DNA of 64,000 nt from Eledone cirrhosa (taxonomy: Eukaryota), in assembly GCA_964016885.1 (NCBI GenBank), contig OZ024740.1, positions 46,500,001-46,564,000 on the forward strand. The letters are read 5' to 3'. Of the stretch, positions 1 to 13,900 are shown piece after piece. Made by a program: the position numbers and the translations under genes. The notes under the pieces are model-generated. The model ran no database searches and was not told the DNA's origin. It was given only the letters and a program-made list of their open reading frames with translations. Numbering within the stretch: the stretch's first letter is position 1; every line of letters begins with the position of its first letter.

Positions 1-44
1 ATGTAACCTCTACTATAGCCACAACCCAGTCTAGCAGAATTACA

Positions 45-3000
45 ATGTAACCTCTACTATAGCCACAACCTAGCCTAACAGAATTACAATGTAACCTCTA
101 CTATAGCCACAACACAGCCTAACAGAATTACAATGTAACCTCTACTATAGCCACAACCCAGCCTAACAGAATTACAATGTAACCTCTACTATAGCCACAA
201 CCCAGCCTAACAGAATTACAATGTAACCTCTACTATAGCCACAACCCAGTCTAACAGAATTACAATGTAACCTCTACTATGGCCACAACCCAGCCTAACA
301 CAATTACAATGTAACCTCTACTATAGCCACAACCCAGCCTAAAAGAATTACAATGTAACCCCTACTATAGCCACAACCCAGTCTAACAGAATTACAATGT
401 AACCTCTACTATAGCCACAACCCAGTCTAACAGAATTACAATGTAACCTCTACTATAGCCACAACCCAACCTAACAGCAGAATTACAATGTAACCTCTAC
501 TATAGCCACAACCCAGCCTAACAGAATTACAATGTAACCTCTACTATAGCCACAACCCAGTCTAACAGAATTACAATGTAACCTCTACTATAGCCACAAC
601 CCAGTCTAACAGAATTACAATGTAACCTCTACTATAGCCACAACCCAGTCTAACAGAATTACAATGTAACCTCTACTATAGCCACAACCCATTCTAACAG
701 AATTACAATGTAACCTCTACTATAGCCACAACCCAGTCTAGCAGAATTACAATGTAACCTCTACTAGAGCCACAACCCAGTCTAGCAGAATTACAATGTA
801 ACCTCTACTATAGCCACAACCTAGCCTAACAGAATTACAATGTAACCTCTACTATAGCCACAACCTAGCCTAACAGAATTACAATGTAACCTCTACTATA
901 GCCACAACCTAGCCTAACAGAATTACAATGTAACCTCTACTATAGCCACAACCTAGCCTAACAGAATTACAATGTAAACTCTACTATAGTCACAACCCAG
1001 TCTAACAGAATTACAATGTAACCTCTACTATAGCCACAACCCAGTCTAACAGAATTACAATGTAACCTCTACTATAGCCACAACCTAGCCTAACAGAATT
1101 ACAATGTAACCTCTACTATAGCCACAACCTAGCCTAACAGAATTACAATGTAACCTCTACTATAGCCACAACCTAGCCTAACAGAATTACAATGTAACCT
1201 CTACTATAGCCACAACCTAGCCTAACAGAATTACAATGTAACCTCTACTATAGCCACAACCTAGCCTAACAGAATTACAATGTAAACTCTACTATAGTCA
1301 CAACCCAGCCTAACAGAATTACAATGTAACCTCTACTATAGCCACAACCCAGTCTAACAGAATTACAATGTAACCTCTACTATAGCCACAACCTAGCCTA
1401 ACAGAATTACAATGTAACCTCTACTATAGCCACAACCTAGCCTACCAGAATTACAATGTAACCTCTACTATAGCCACAACCTAGCCGAACAGAATTACAA
1501 TGTAAACTCTACTATAGTCACAACCCAGTCTAACAGAATTACAATGTAACCTCTACTATAGTCACAACCCAGCCTAACAGAATTACAATGTAACCTCTAC
1601 TATAGCCACAACCTAGCCTAACAGAATTACAATGTAACCTCTACTATAGCCACAACCTAGCCTAACAGAATTACAATGTAACCTCTACTATAGCCACAAC
1701 CCAGTCTAGCAGAATTACAATGTAACCTCTACTATAGCCACAACCTAGTCTAACAGAATTACAATGTAACCTCTACTATAGTCACAACCCATGTGTAACA
1801 GAATTACAATGTAACCTCTACTATAGCCACAAACCAGTCTATCAGAATTACAATGTAACCTCTACTATAGCCACAACCCAGCCTAACAGAATTACAATGT
1901 AACCTCTACTATAGCCACAACCTAGCCTAACAGAATTACAATGTAACCTCTACTATAGCCACAACCCAGCCTAACAGAATTACAATGTAACCTCTACTAT
2001 AGCCACAACCTAGCCTAACAGAATTACAATGTAACCTCTACTATAGCCACAAACCAGTCTATCAGAATTACAATGTAACCTCTACTATAGCCACAACCCA
2101 GCCTAACAGAATTACAATGTAACCTCTACTATAGCCACAACCTAGCCTAACAGAATTACAATGTAACCTCTACTATAGCCACAACCCAGCCTAACAGAAT
2201 TACAATGTAACCTCTACTATAGCCACAACCCAGTCTATCAGAATTACAATGTAACCTCTACTATAGCCACAACCCAGTATAGCAGAATTACAATGTAACC
2301 TCTACTATAGCCACAACCCAGTCTAACAGAATTACAATGTAACCTCTACTATAGCCACAACCCAGCCTAACAGAATTACAATGTAACCTCTACTATAGTC
2401 ACAACCCAGCCTAACAGAATTACAATGTAACCTCTACTATAGCCACAACCCAGTCTAGCAGAATTACAACGTAACCTCTACTATAGCCACAACCTAGTCT
2501 AACAGAATTACAATGTAAACTCTACTATAGCCACAACCTAGCCTAACAGAATTACAATGTTTAACTCTACTATAGTCACAACCCGGTCTAACAGAATTAC
2601 AATGTAACCTCTACTATAGTCACAACCCAGCCTAACAGAATTACAATGTAACCTCTACTATAGCCACAACCTAGCCTAACAGAATTACAATGTAACCTCT
2701 ACTATAGCCACAACCTAGCCTAACAGAATTACAATGTAACCTCTACTATAGCCACAACCTAGCCTAACAGAATTACAATGTAACCTCTACTATAGCCACA
2801 ACCTAGCCTAACAGAATTACAACGTAACCTCTACAATAGCCACAACCTAGCCTAACAGAATTACAATGTAACCTCTACTATAGCCACAACCTAGCCTAAC
2901 AGAATTACAATGTAACCTCTACTATAGCCACAACCTAGCCTAACAGAATTACAATGTAACCTCTACTATAGCCACAACCTAGCCTAACAGAATTACAATG

Positions 3001-6000
3001 TAAACTCTACTATAGTCACAACCCAGTCTAACAGAATTACAATGTAACCTCTACTATAGTCACAACCCAGCCTAACAGAATTACAATGTAACCTCTACTA
3101 TAGCCACAACCCAGTCTATCAGAATTACAATGTAACCTCTACTATAGCCACAACCCAGTATAGCAGAATTACAATGTAACCTCTACTATAGCCACAACCC
3201 AGTCTAACAGAATTACAATGTAACCTCTACTATAGCCACAACCCAGCCTAACAGAATTACAATGTAACCTCTACTATAGTCACAACCCAGCCTAACAGAA
3301 TTACAATGTAACCTCTACTATAGCCACAACCCAGTCTAGCAGAATTACAATGTAACCTCTACTATAGCCACAACCTAGTCTAACAGAATTACAATGTAAT
3401 CTCTACTATAGCCACAACCTAGCCTAACAGAATTACAATGTTTAACTCTACTATAGTCACAACCCGGTCTAACAGAATTACAATGTAACCTCTACTATAG
3501 TCACAACCCAGCCTAACAGAATTACAATGTAACCTCTACTATAGCCACAACCTAGCCTAACAGAATTACAATGTAACCTCTACTATAGCCACAACCTAGC
3601 CTAACAGAATTACAATGTAACCTCTACTATAGCCACAACCTAGCCTAACAGAATTACAATGTAACCTCTACTATAGCCACAACCTAGCCTAACAGAATTA
3701 CAATGTAACCTCTACTATAGCCACAACCTAGCCTAACAGAATTACAATGTAACCTCTACTATAGCCACAACCTAGCCTAACAGAATTACAATGTAACCTC
3801 TACTATAGCCACAACCTAGCCTAACAGAATTACAATGTAACCTCTACTATAGCCACAACCTAGCCTAACAGAATTACAATGTAAACTCTACTATAGTCAC
3901 AACCCAGTCTAACAGAATTACAATGTAACCTCTACTATAGTCACAACCCAGCCTAACAGAATTACAATGTAACCTCTACTATAGCCACAACCTAGCCTAA
4001 CAGAATTACAATGTAACCTCTACTATAGCCACAACCTAGCCTAACAGAATTACAATGTAACCTCTACTATAGCCACAACCCAGTCTAGCAGAATTACAAT
4101 GTAACCTCTACTATAGCCACAACCTAGTCTAACAGAATTACAATGTAACCTCTACTATAGTCACAACCCATGTGTAACAGAATTACAATGTAACCTCTAC
4201 TATAGCCACAAACCAGTCTATCAGAATTACAATGTAACCTCTACTATAGCCACAACCCAGCCTAACAGAATTACAATGTAACCTCTACTATAGCCACAAC
4301 CTAGCCTAACAGAATTACAATGTAACCTCTACTATAGCCACAACCCAGCCTAACAGAATTACAATGTAACCTCTACTATAGCCACAACCCAGTCTATCAG
4401 AATTACAATGTAACCTCTACTATAGCCACAACCCAGTCTAGCAGAATTACAATGTAACCTCTACTATAGCCACAACCCAGTCTAACAGAATTACAATGTA
4501 ACCTCTACTATAGCCACAACCCAGCCTAACAGAATTACAATGTAACCTCTACTATAGTCACAACCCAGCCTAACAGAATTACAATGTAACCTCTACTATA
4601 GCCACAACCCAGTCTAGCAGAATTACAATGTAACCTCTACTATAGCCACAACCTAGTCTAACAGAATTACAATGTAAACTCTACTATAGCCACAACCTAG
4701 CCTAACAGAATTACAATGTAAACTCTACTATAGTCACAACCCAGTCTAACAGAATTACAATGTAACCTCTACTATAGCCACAACCTAGCCTAACAGAATT
4801 ACAATGTAACCTCTACTATAGCCACAACCTAGCCTAACAGAATTACAATGTAACCTCTACTATAGCCACAACCTAGCCTAACAGAATTACAATGTAACCT
4901 CTACTATAGCCACAACCTAGCCTAACAGAATTACAATGTAACCTCTACTATAGCCACAACCTAGCCTAACAGAATTACAATGTAACCTCTACTATAGCCA
5001 CAACACAGCCTAACAGAATTACAATGTAACCTCTACTATAGCCACAACCCAGCCTAACAGAATTACAATGTAACCTCTACTATAGCCACAACCCAGCCTA
5101 ACAGAATTACAATGTAACCTCTACTATAGCCACAACCCAGTCTAACAGAATTACAATGTAACCTCTACTATGGCCACAACCCAGCCTAACAGAATTACAA
5201 TGTAACCTCTACTATAGCCACAACCCAGCCTAAAAGAATTACAATGTAACCCCTACTATAGCCACAACCCAGTCTAACAGAATTACAATGTAACCTCTAC
5301 TATAGCCACAACCCAGTCTAACAGAATTACAATGTAACCTCTACTATAGCCACAACCCAACCTAACAGCAGAATTACAATGTAACCTCTACTATAGCCAC
5401 AACCCAGCCTAACAGAATTACAATGTAACCTCTACTATAGCCACAACCCAGTCTAACAGAATTACAATGTAACCTCTACTATAGACACAACCCAGTCTAA
5501 CAGAATTACAATGTAACCTCTACTATAGCCACAACCCAGTCTAACAGAATTACAATGTAACCTCTACTATAGCCACAACCCATTCTAACAGAATTACAAT
5601 GTAACCTCTACTATAGCCACAACCCAGTCTAGCAGAATTACAATGTAACCTCTACTAGAGCCACAACCCAGTCTAGCAGAATTACAATGTAACCTCTACT
5701 ATAGCCACAACCTAGCCTAACAGAATTACAATGTAACCTCTACTATAGCCACAACCTAGCCTAACAGAATTACAATGTAACCTCTACTATAGCCACAACC
5801 TAGCCTAACAGAATTACAATGTAACCTCTACTATAGCCACAACCTAGCCTAACAGAATTACAATGTAAACTCTACTATAGTCACAACCCAGTCTAACAGA
5901 ATAACAATGTAACCTCTACTATAGCCACAACCCAGTCTAACAGAATTACAATGTAACCTCTACTATAGCCACAACCTAGCCTAACAGAATTACAATGTAA

Positions 6001-7980
6001 CCTCTACTATAGCCACAACCTAGCCTAACAGAATTACAATGTAACCTCTACTATAGCCACAACCTAGCCTAACAGAATTACAATGTAACCTCTACTATAG
6101 CCACAACCTAGCCTAACAGAATTACAATGTAACCTCTACTATAGCCACAACCTAGCCTAACAGAATTACAATGTAAACTCTACTATAGTCACAACCCAGC
6201 CTAACAGAATTACAATGTAACCTCTACTATAGCCACAACCCAGTCTAACAGAATTACAATGTAACCTCTACTATAGCCACAACCTAGCCTAACAGAATTA
6301 CAATGTAACCTCTACTATAGCCACAACCTAGCCTACCAGAATTACAATGTAACCTCTACTATAGCCACAACCTAGCCTAACAGAATTACAATGTAAACTC
6401 TACTATAGTCACAACCCAGTCTAACAGAATTACAATGTAACCTCTACTATAGTCACAACCCAGCCTAACAGAATTACAATGTAACCTCTACTATAGCCAC
6501 AACCTAGCCTAACAGAATTACAATGTAACCTCTACTATAGCCACAACCTAGCCTAACAGAATTACAATGTAACCTCTATTATAGCCACAACCCAGTCTAG
6601 CAGAATTACAATGTAACCTCTACTATAGCCACAACCTAGTCTAACAGAATTACAATGTAACCTCTACTATAGTCACAACCCATGTGTAACAGAATTACAA
6701 TGTAACCTCTACTATAGCCACAAACCAGTCTATCAGAATTACAATGTAACCTCTACTATAGCCACAACCCAGCCTAACAGAATTACAATGTAACCTCTAC
6801 TATAGCCACAACCTAGCCTAACAGAATTACAATGTAACCTCTACTATAGCCACAACCCAGCCTAACAGAATTACAATGTAACCTCTACTATAGCCACAAC
6901 CTAGCCTAACAGAATTACAATGTAACCTCTACTATAGCCACAAACCAGTCTATCAGAATTACAATGTAACCTCTACTATAGCCACAACCCAGCCTAACAG
7001 AATTACAATGTAACCTCTACTATAGCCACAACCTAGCCTAACAGAATTACAATGTAACCTCTACTATAGCCACAACCCAGCCTAACAGAATTACAATGTA
7101 ACCTCTACTATAGCCACAACCCAGTCTATCAGAATTACAATGTAACCTCTACTATAGCCACAACCCAGTATAGCAGAATTACAATGTAACCTCTACTATA
7201 GCCACAACCCAGTCTAACAGAATTACAATGTAACCTCTACTATAGCCACAACCCAGCCTAACAGAATTACAATGTAACCTCTACTATAGTCACAACCCAG
7301 CCTAACAGAATTACAATGTAACCTCTACTATAGCCACAACCCAGTCTAGCAGAATTACAATGTAACCTCTACTATAGCCACAACCTAGTCTAACAGAATT
7401 ACAATGTAAACTCTACTATAGCCACAACCTAGCCTAACAGAATTACAATGTTTAACTCTACTATAGTCACAACCCGGTCTAACAGAATTACAATGTAACC
7501 TCTACTATAGTCACAACCCAGCCTAACAGAATTACAATGTAACCTCTACTATAGCCACAACCTAGCCTAACAGAATTACAATGTAACCTCTACTATAGCC
7601 ACAACCTAGCCTAACAGAATTACAATGTAACCTCTACTATAGCCACAACCTAGCCTAACAGAATTACAATGTAACCTCTACTATAGCCACAACCTAGCCT
7701 AACAGAATTACAACGTAACCTCTACAATAGCCACAACCTAGCCTAACAGAATTACAATGTAACCTCTACTATAGCCACAACCTAGCCTAACAGAATTACA
7801 ATGTAACCTCTACTATAGCCACAACCTAGCCTAACAGAATTACAATGTAACCTCTACTATAGCCACAACCTAGCCTAACAGAATTACAATGTAAACTCTA
7901 CTATAGTCACAACCCAGTCTAACAGAATTACAATGTAACCTCTACTATAGTCACAACCCAGCCTAACAGAATTACAATGT
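45..7980. repeat. Higher-order repeat: ~45-3090 repeated at ~4936-7980 (offset 4,891 bp)
   Basis: Markers at 114/5005 (AACACAG), 281/5172 (TATGGCC) and 2823/7714 (AACGTAACCTCTACAATAG). Confidence 0.88.
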
Positions 7981-10900
7981 AACCTCTACTATAGCCACAA
8001 CCTAGCCGAACAGAATTACAATGTAACCTCTACTATAGCCACAACCTAGCCGAACAGAATTACAATGTAACCTCTACTATAGCCACAACCCAGTCTAGCA
8101 GAATTACAATGTAACCTCTACTATAGCCACAACCTAGTCTAACAGAATTACAATGTAACCTCTACTATAGTCACAACCCATGTGTAACAGAATTTAAATG
8201 TAACCTCTACTATAGCCACAAACCAGTCTATCAGAATTACAATGTAACCTCTACTATAGCCACAACCCAGCCTAACAGAATTACAATGTAACCTCTACTA
8301 TAGCCACAACCTAGCCTAACAGAATTACAATGTAACCTCTACTATAGCCACAACCCAGCCTAACAGAATTACAATGTAACCTCTACTATAGCCACAACCC
8401 AGTCTATCAGAATTACAATGTAACCTCTACTATAGCCACAACCCAGTCTAGCAGAATTACAATGTAACCTCTACTATAGCCACAACCCAGTCTAACAGAA
8501 TTACAATGTAACCTCTACTATAGCCACAACCCAGCCTAACAGAATTACAATGTAACCTCTACTATAGTCACAACCCAGCCTAACAGAATTACAATGTAAC
8601 CTCTACTATAGCCACAACCCAGTCTAGCAGAATTACAATGTAACCTCTACTATAGCCACAACCTAGTCTAACAGAATTACAATGTAAACTTTACTATAGC
8701 CACAACCTAGCCTAACAGAATTACAATGTAAACTCTACTATAGTCACAACCCAGTCTAACAGAATTACAATGTAACCTCTACTATAGTTACAACCCAGCC
8801 TAACAGAATTACAATGTAACCTCTACTATAGCCACAACCTAGCCTAACAGAATTACAATGTAACCTCTACTATAGCCACAACCTAGCCTAACAGAATTAC
8901 AATGTAACCTCTACTATAGCCACAACCTAGCCTAACAGAATTACAATGTAACCTCTACTATAGCCACAACCTAGCCTAACAGAATTACAATGTAACCTCT
9001 ACTATAGCCACAACCTAGCCTAACAGAATTACAATGTAAACTCTACTATAGTCACAACCCAGTCTAACAGAATTACAATGTAACCTCTACTATAGTCACA
9101 ACCCAGCCTAACAGAATTACAATGTAACCTCTACTATAGCCACAACCTAGCCTAACAGAATTACAATGTAACCTCTACTATAGCCACAACCTAGCCTAAC
9201 AGAATTACAATGTAACCTCTACTATAGCCACAACCCAGTCTAGCAGAATTACAATGTAACCTCTACTATAGCCACAACCTAGTCTAACAGAATTACAATG
9301 TAACCTCTACTATAGTCACAACCCATGTGTAACAGAATTACAATGTAACCTCTACTATAGCCACAAACCAGTCTATCAGAATTACAATGTAACCTCTACT
9401 ATAGCCACAACCCAGCCTAACAGAATTACAATGTAACCTCTACTATAGCCACAACCTAGCCTAACAGAATTACAATGTAACCTCTACTATAGCCACAACC
9501 CAGCCTAACAGAATTACAATGTAACCTCTACTATAGCCACAACCTAGCCTAACAGAATTACAATGTAACCTCTACTATAGCCACAAACCAGTCTATCAGA
9601 ATTACAATGTAACCTCTACTATCGCCACAACCCAGCCTAACAGAATTACAATGTAACCTCTACTATAGCCACAACCTAGCCTAACAGAATTACAATGTAA
9701 CCTCTACTATAGCCACAACCCAGTCTAACAGAATTACAATGTAACCTTTACTATAGCCACAACCCAGCCTAACAGAATTACAATGTAACCTCTACTATAG
9801 TCACAACCCAGCCTAACAGAATTACAATGTAACCTCTACTATAGCCACAACCCAGTCTAACAGAATTACAATGTAACCTCTACTATAGCCACAACCCAGC
9901 CTAACAGAATTACAATGTAACCTCTACTATAGCCACAACCCAGCCTAACAGAATTACAATGTAACCTCTACTATAGCCACAACCCAGTCTATCAGAATTA
10001 CAATGTAACCTCTACTATAGCCACAACCCAGCCTAACAGAATTATAATGTAACCTCTACTATAGCCACAACCTAGCCTAACAGAATTACAATGTAACCTC
10101 TACTATAGCCACAACCCAGTCTAACATAATTACAATGTAACCTCTACTATAGCCACAACCTAGCCTAACAGAATTACAATGTAACCTCTACTATAGCCAC
10201 AACCCAGTCTAGCAGAATTACAATGTAACCTCTACTATAGCCACAACCTAGTCTAACAGAATTACAATGTAACCTCTACTATAGTCACAACCCATGTGTA
10301 ACAGAATTACAATGTAACCTCTACTATAGCCACAAACCAGTCTATCAGAATTACAATGTAACCTCTACTATAGCCACAACCCAGCCTAACAGAATTACAA
10401 TGTAACCTCTACTATAGCCACAACCTAGCCTAACAGAATTACAATGTAACCTCTACTATAGCCACAACCCAGCCTAACAGAATTACAATGTAACCTCTAC
10501 TATAGCCACAACCCAGTCTATCAGAATTACAATGTAACCTCTACTATAGCCACAACCCAGTATAGCAGAATTACAATGTAACCTCTACTATAGCCACAAT
10601 CCAGTCTAACAGAATTACAATGTAACCTCTACTATAGCCACAACCCAGCCTAACAGAATTACAATGTAACCTCTACTATAGTCACAACCCAGCCTAACAG
10701 AATTACAATGTAACCTCTACTATAGCCACAACCCAATCTAGCAGAATTACAATGTAACCTCTACTATAGCCACAACCTAGTCTAACAGAATTACAATGTA
10801 AACTCTACTATAGCCACAACCTAGCCTAACAGAATTACAATGTTTAACTCTACTATAGTCACAACCCGGTCTAACAGAATTACAATGTAACCTCTACTAT

Positions 10901-13900
10901 AGTCACAACCCAGCCTAACAGAATTACAATGTAACCTCTACTATAGCCACAACCTAGCCTAACAGAATTACAATGTAACCTCTACTATAGCCACAACCTA
11001 GCCTAACAGAATTACAATGTAACCTCTACTATAGCCACAACCTAGCCTAACAGAATTACAATGTAACCTCTACTATAGCCACAACCTAGCCTAACAGAAT
11101 TTCAATGTAACCTCTACTATAGCCACAACCTAGCCTAACAGAATTACAATGTAACCTCTACTATAGCCACAACCTAGCCTAACAGAATTACAATGTAACC
11201 TCTACTATAGCCACAACCTAGCCTAACAGAATTACAATGTAACCTCTACTATAGCCACAACCTAGCCTAACAGAATTACAATGTAAACTCTACTATAGTC
11301 ACAACCCAGTCTAACAGAATTACAATGTAACCTCTACTATAGTCACAACCCAGCCTAACAGAATTACAATGTAACCTCTACTATAGCCACAACCTAGCCT
11401 AACAGAATTACAATGTAACCTCTACTATAGCCACAACCTAGCCTAACAGAATTACAATGTAACCTCTACTATAGCCACAACCCAGTCTAGCAGAATTACA
11501 ATGTAACCTCTACTATAGCCACAACCTAGTCTAACAGAATTACAATGTAACCTCTACTATATTCACAACCCATGTGTAACAGAATTACAATGTAACCTCT
11601 ACTATAGCCACAAACCAGTCTATCAGAATTACAATGTAACCTCTACTATAGCCACAACCCAGCCTAACAGAATTACAATGTAATCTCTACTATAGCCACA
11701 ACCTAGCCTAACAGAATTACAATGTAACCTCTACTATAGCCACAACCCAGCCTAACAGAATTACAATGTAACCTCTACTATAGCCACAACCCAGTCTATC
11801 AGAATTACAATGTAACCTCTACTATAGCCACAACCCAGTCTAGCAGAATTACAATGTAACCTCTACTATAGCCACAACCCAGTCTAACAGAATTACAATG
11901 TAACCTCTACTATAGCCACAACCCAGCCTAACAGAATTACAATGTAACCTCTACTATAGTCACAACCCAGCCTAACAGAATTACAATGTAACCTCTACTA
12001 TAGCCACAACCCAGTCTAGGAGAATTACAATGTAACCTCTACTATAGCCACAACCTAGTCTAACAGAATTACAATGTAAACTCTACTATAGCCACAACCT
12101 AGCCTAACAGAATTACAATGTAAACTCTACTATAGTCACAACCCAGTCTAACAGAATTACAATGTAACCTCTACTATAGTCACAACCCAGCCTAACAGAA
12201 TTACAATGTAACCTCTACTATAGCCACAACCTAGCCTAACAGAATTACAATGTAACCTCTACTATAGCCACAACCTAGCCTAACAGAATTACAATGTAAC
12301 CTCTACTATAGCCACAACCTAGCCTAACAGAATTACAATGTAACCTCTACTATAGCCACAACCTAGCCTAACAGAATTACAATGTAACCTCTACTATAGC
12401 CACAACCTAGCCTAACAGAATTACAATGTAACCTCTACTATAGCCACAACCTAGCCTAACAGAATTACAATGTAACCTCTACTATAGCCACAACCTAGCC
12501 TAACAGAATTACAATGTAACCTCTACTATAGCCACAACCTAGCCTAACAGAATTACAATGTAACCTCTACTATAGCCACAACACAGCCTAACAGAATTAC
12601 AATGTAACCTCTACTATAGCCACAACCCAGCCTAACAGAATTACAATGTAACCTCTACTATAGCCACAACCCAGCCTAACAGAATTACAATGTAACCTCT
12701 ACTATAGCCACAACCCAGTCTAACAGAATTACAATGTAACCTCTACTATGGCCACAACCCAGCCTAACAGAATTACAATGTAACTTCTACTATAGCCACA
12801 ACCCAGCCTAAAAGAATTACAATGTAACCCCTACTATAGCCACAACCCAGTCTAACAGAATTACAATGTAACCTCTACTATAGCCACAACCCAGTCTAAC
12901 AGAATTACAATGTAACCTCTACTATAGCCACAACCCAACCTAACAGCAGAATTACAATGTAACCTCTACTATAGCCACAACCCAGCCTAACAGAATTACA
13001 ATGTAACCTCTACTATAGCCACAACCCAGTCTAACAGAATTACAATGTAACCTCTACTATAGCCACAACCCAGTCTAACAGAATTACAATGTAACCTCTA
13101 CTATAGCCACAACCCAGTCTAACAGAATTACAATGTAACCTCTACTATAGCCACAACCCATTCTAACAGAATTACAATGTAACCTCTACTATAGCCACAA
13201 CCCAGTCTAGCAGAATTACAATGTAACCTCTACTAGAGCCACAACCCAGTCTAGCAGAATTACAATGTAACCTCTACTATAGCCACAACCTAGCCTAACA
13301 GAATTACAATGTAACCTCTACTATAGCCACAACCTAGCCTAACAGAATTACAATGTAACCTCTACTATAGCCACAACCTAGCCTAACAGAATTACAATGT
13401 AACCTCTACTATAGCCACAACCTAGCCTAACAGAATTACAATGTAAACTCTACTATAGTCACAACCCAGTCTAACAGAATTACAATGTAACCTCTACTAT
13501 AGCCACAACCCAGTCTAACAGAATTACAATGTAACCTCTACTATAGCCACAACCTAGCCTAACAGAATTACAATGTAACCTCTACTATAGCCACAACCTA
13601 GCCTAACAGAATTACAATGTAACCTCTACTATAGCCACAACCTAGCCTAACAGAATTACAATGTAACCTCTACTATAGCCACAACCTAGCCTAACAGAAT
13701 TACAATGTAACCTCTACTATAGCCACAACCTAGCCTAACAGAATTACAATGTAAACTCTACTATAGTCACAACCCAGCCTAACAGAATTACAATATAACC
13801 TCTACTATAGCCACAACCCAGTCTAACAGAATTACGATGTAACCTCTACTATAGCCACAACCTAGCCTAACAGAATTACAATGTAACCTCTACTATAGCC

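Noticed and set aside
1-6. ATG-TAA start-stop element in each monomer
   Set aside because: It is part of the TTACAATGTAA dyad, and there is no transcript or downstream gene context.
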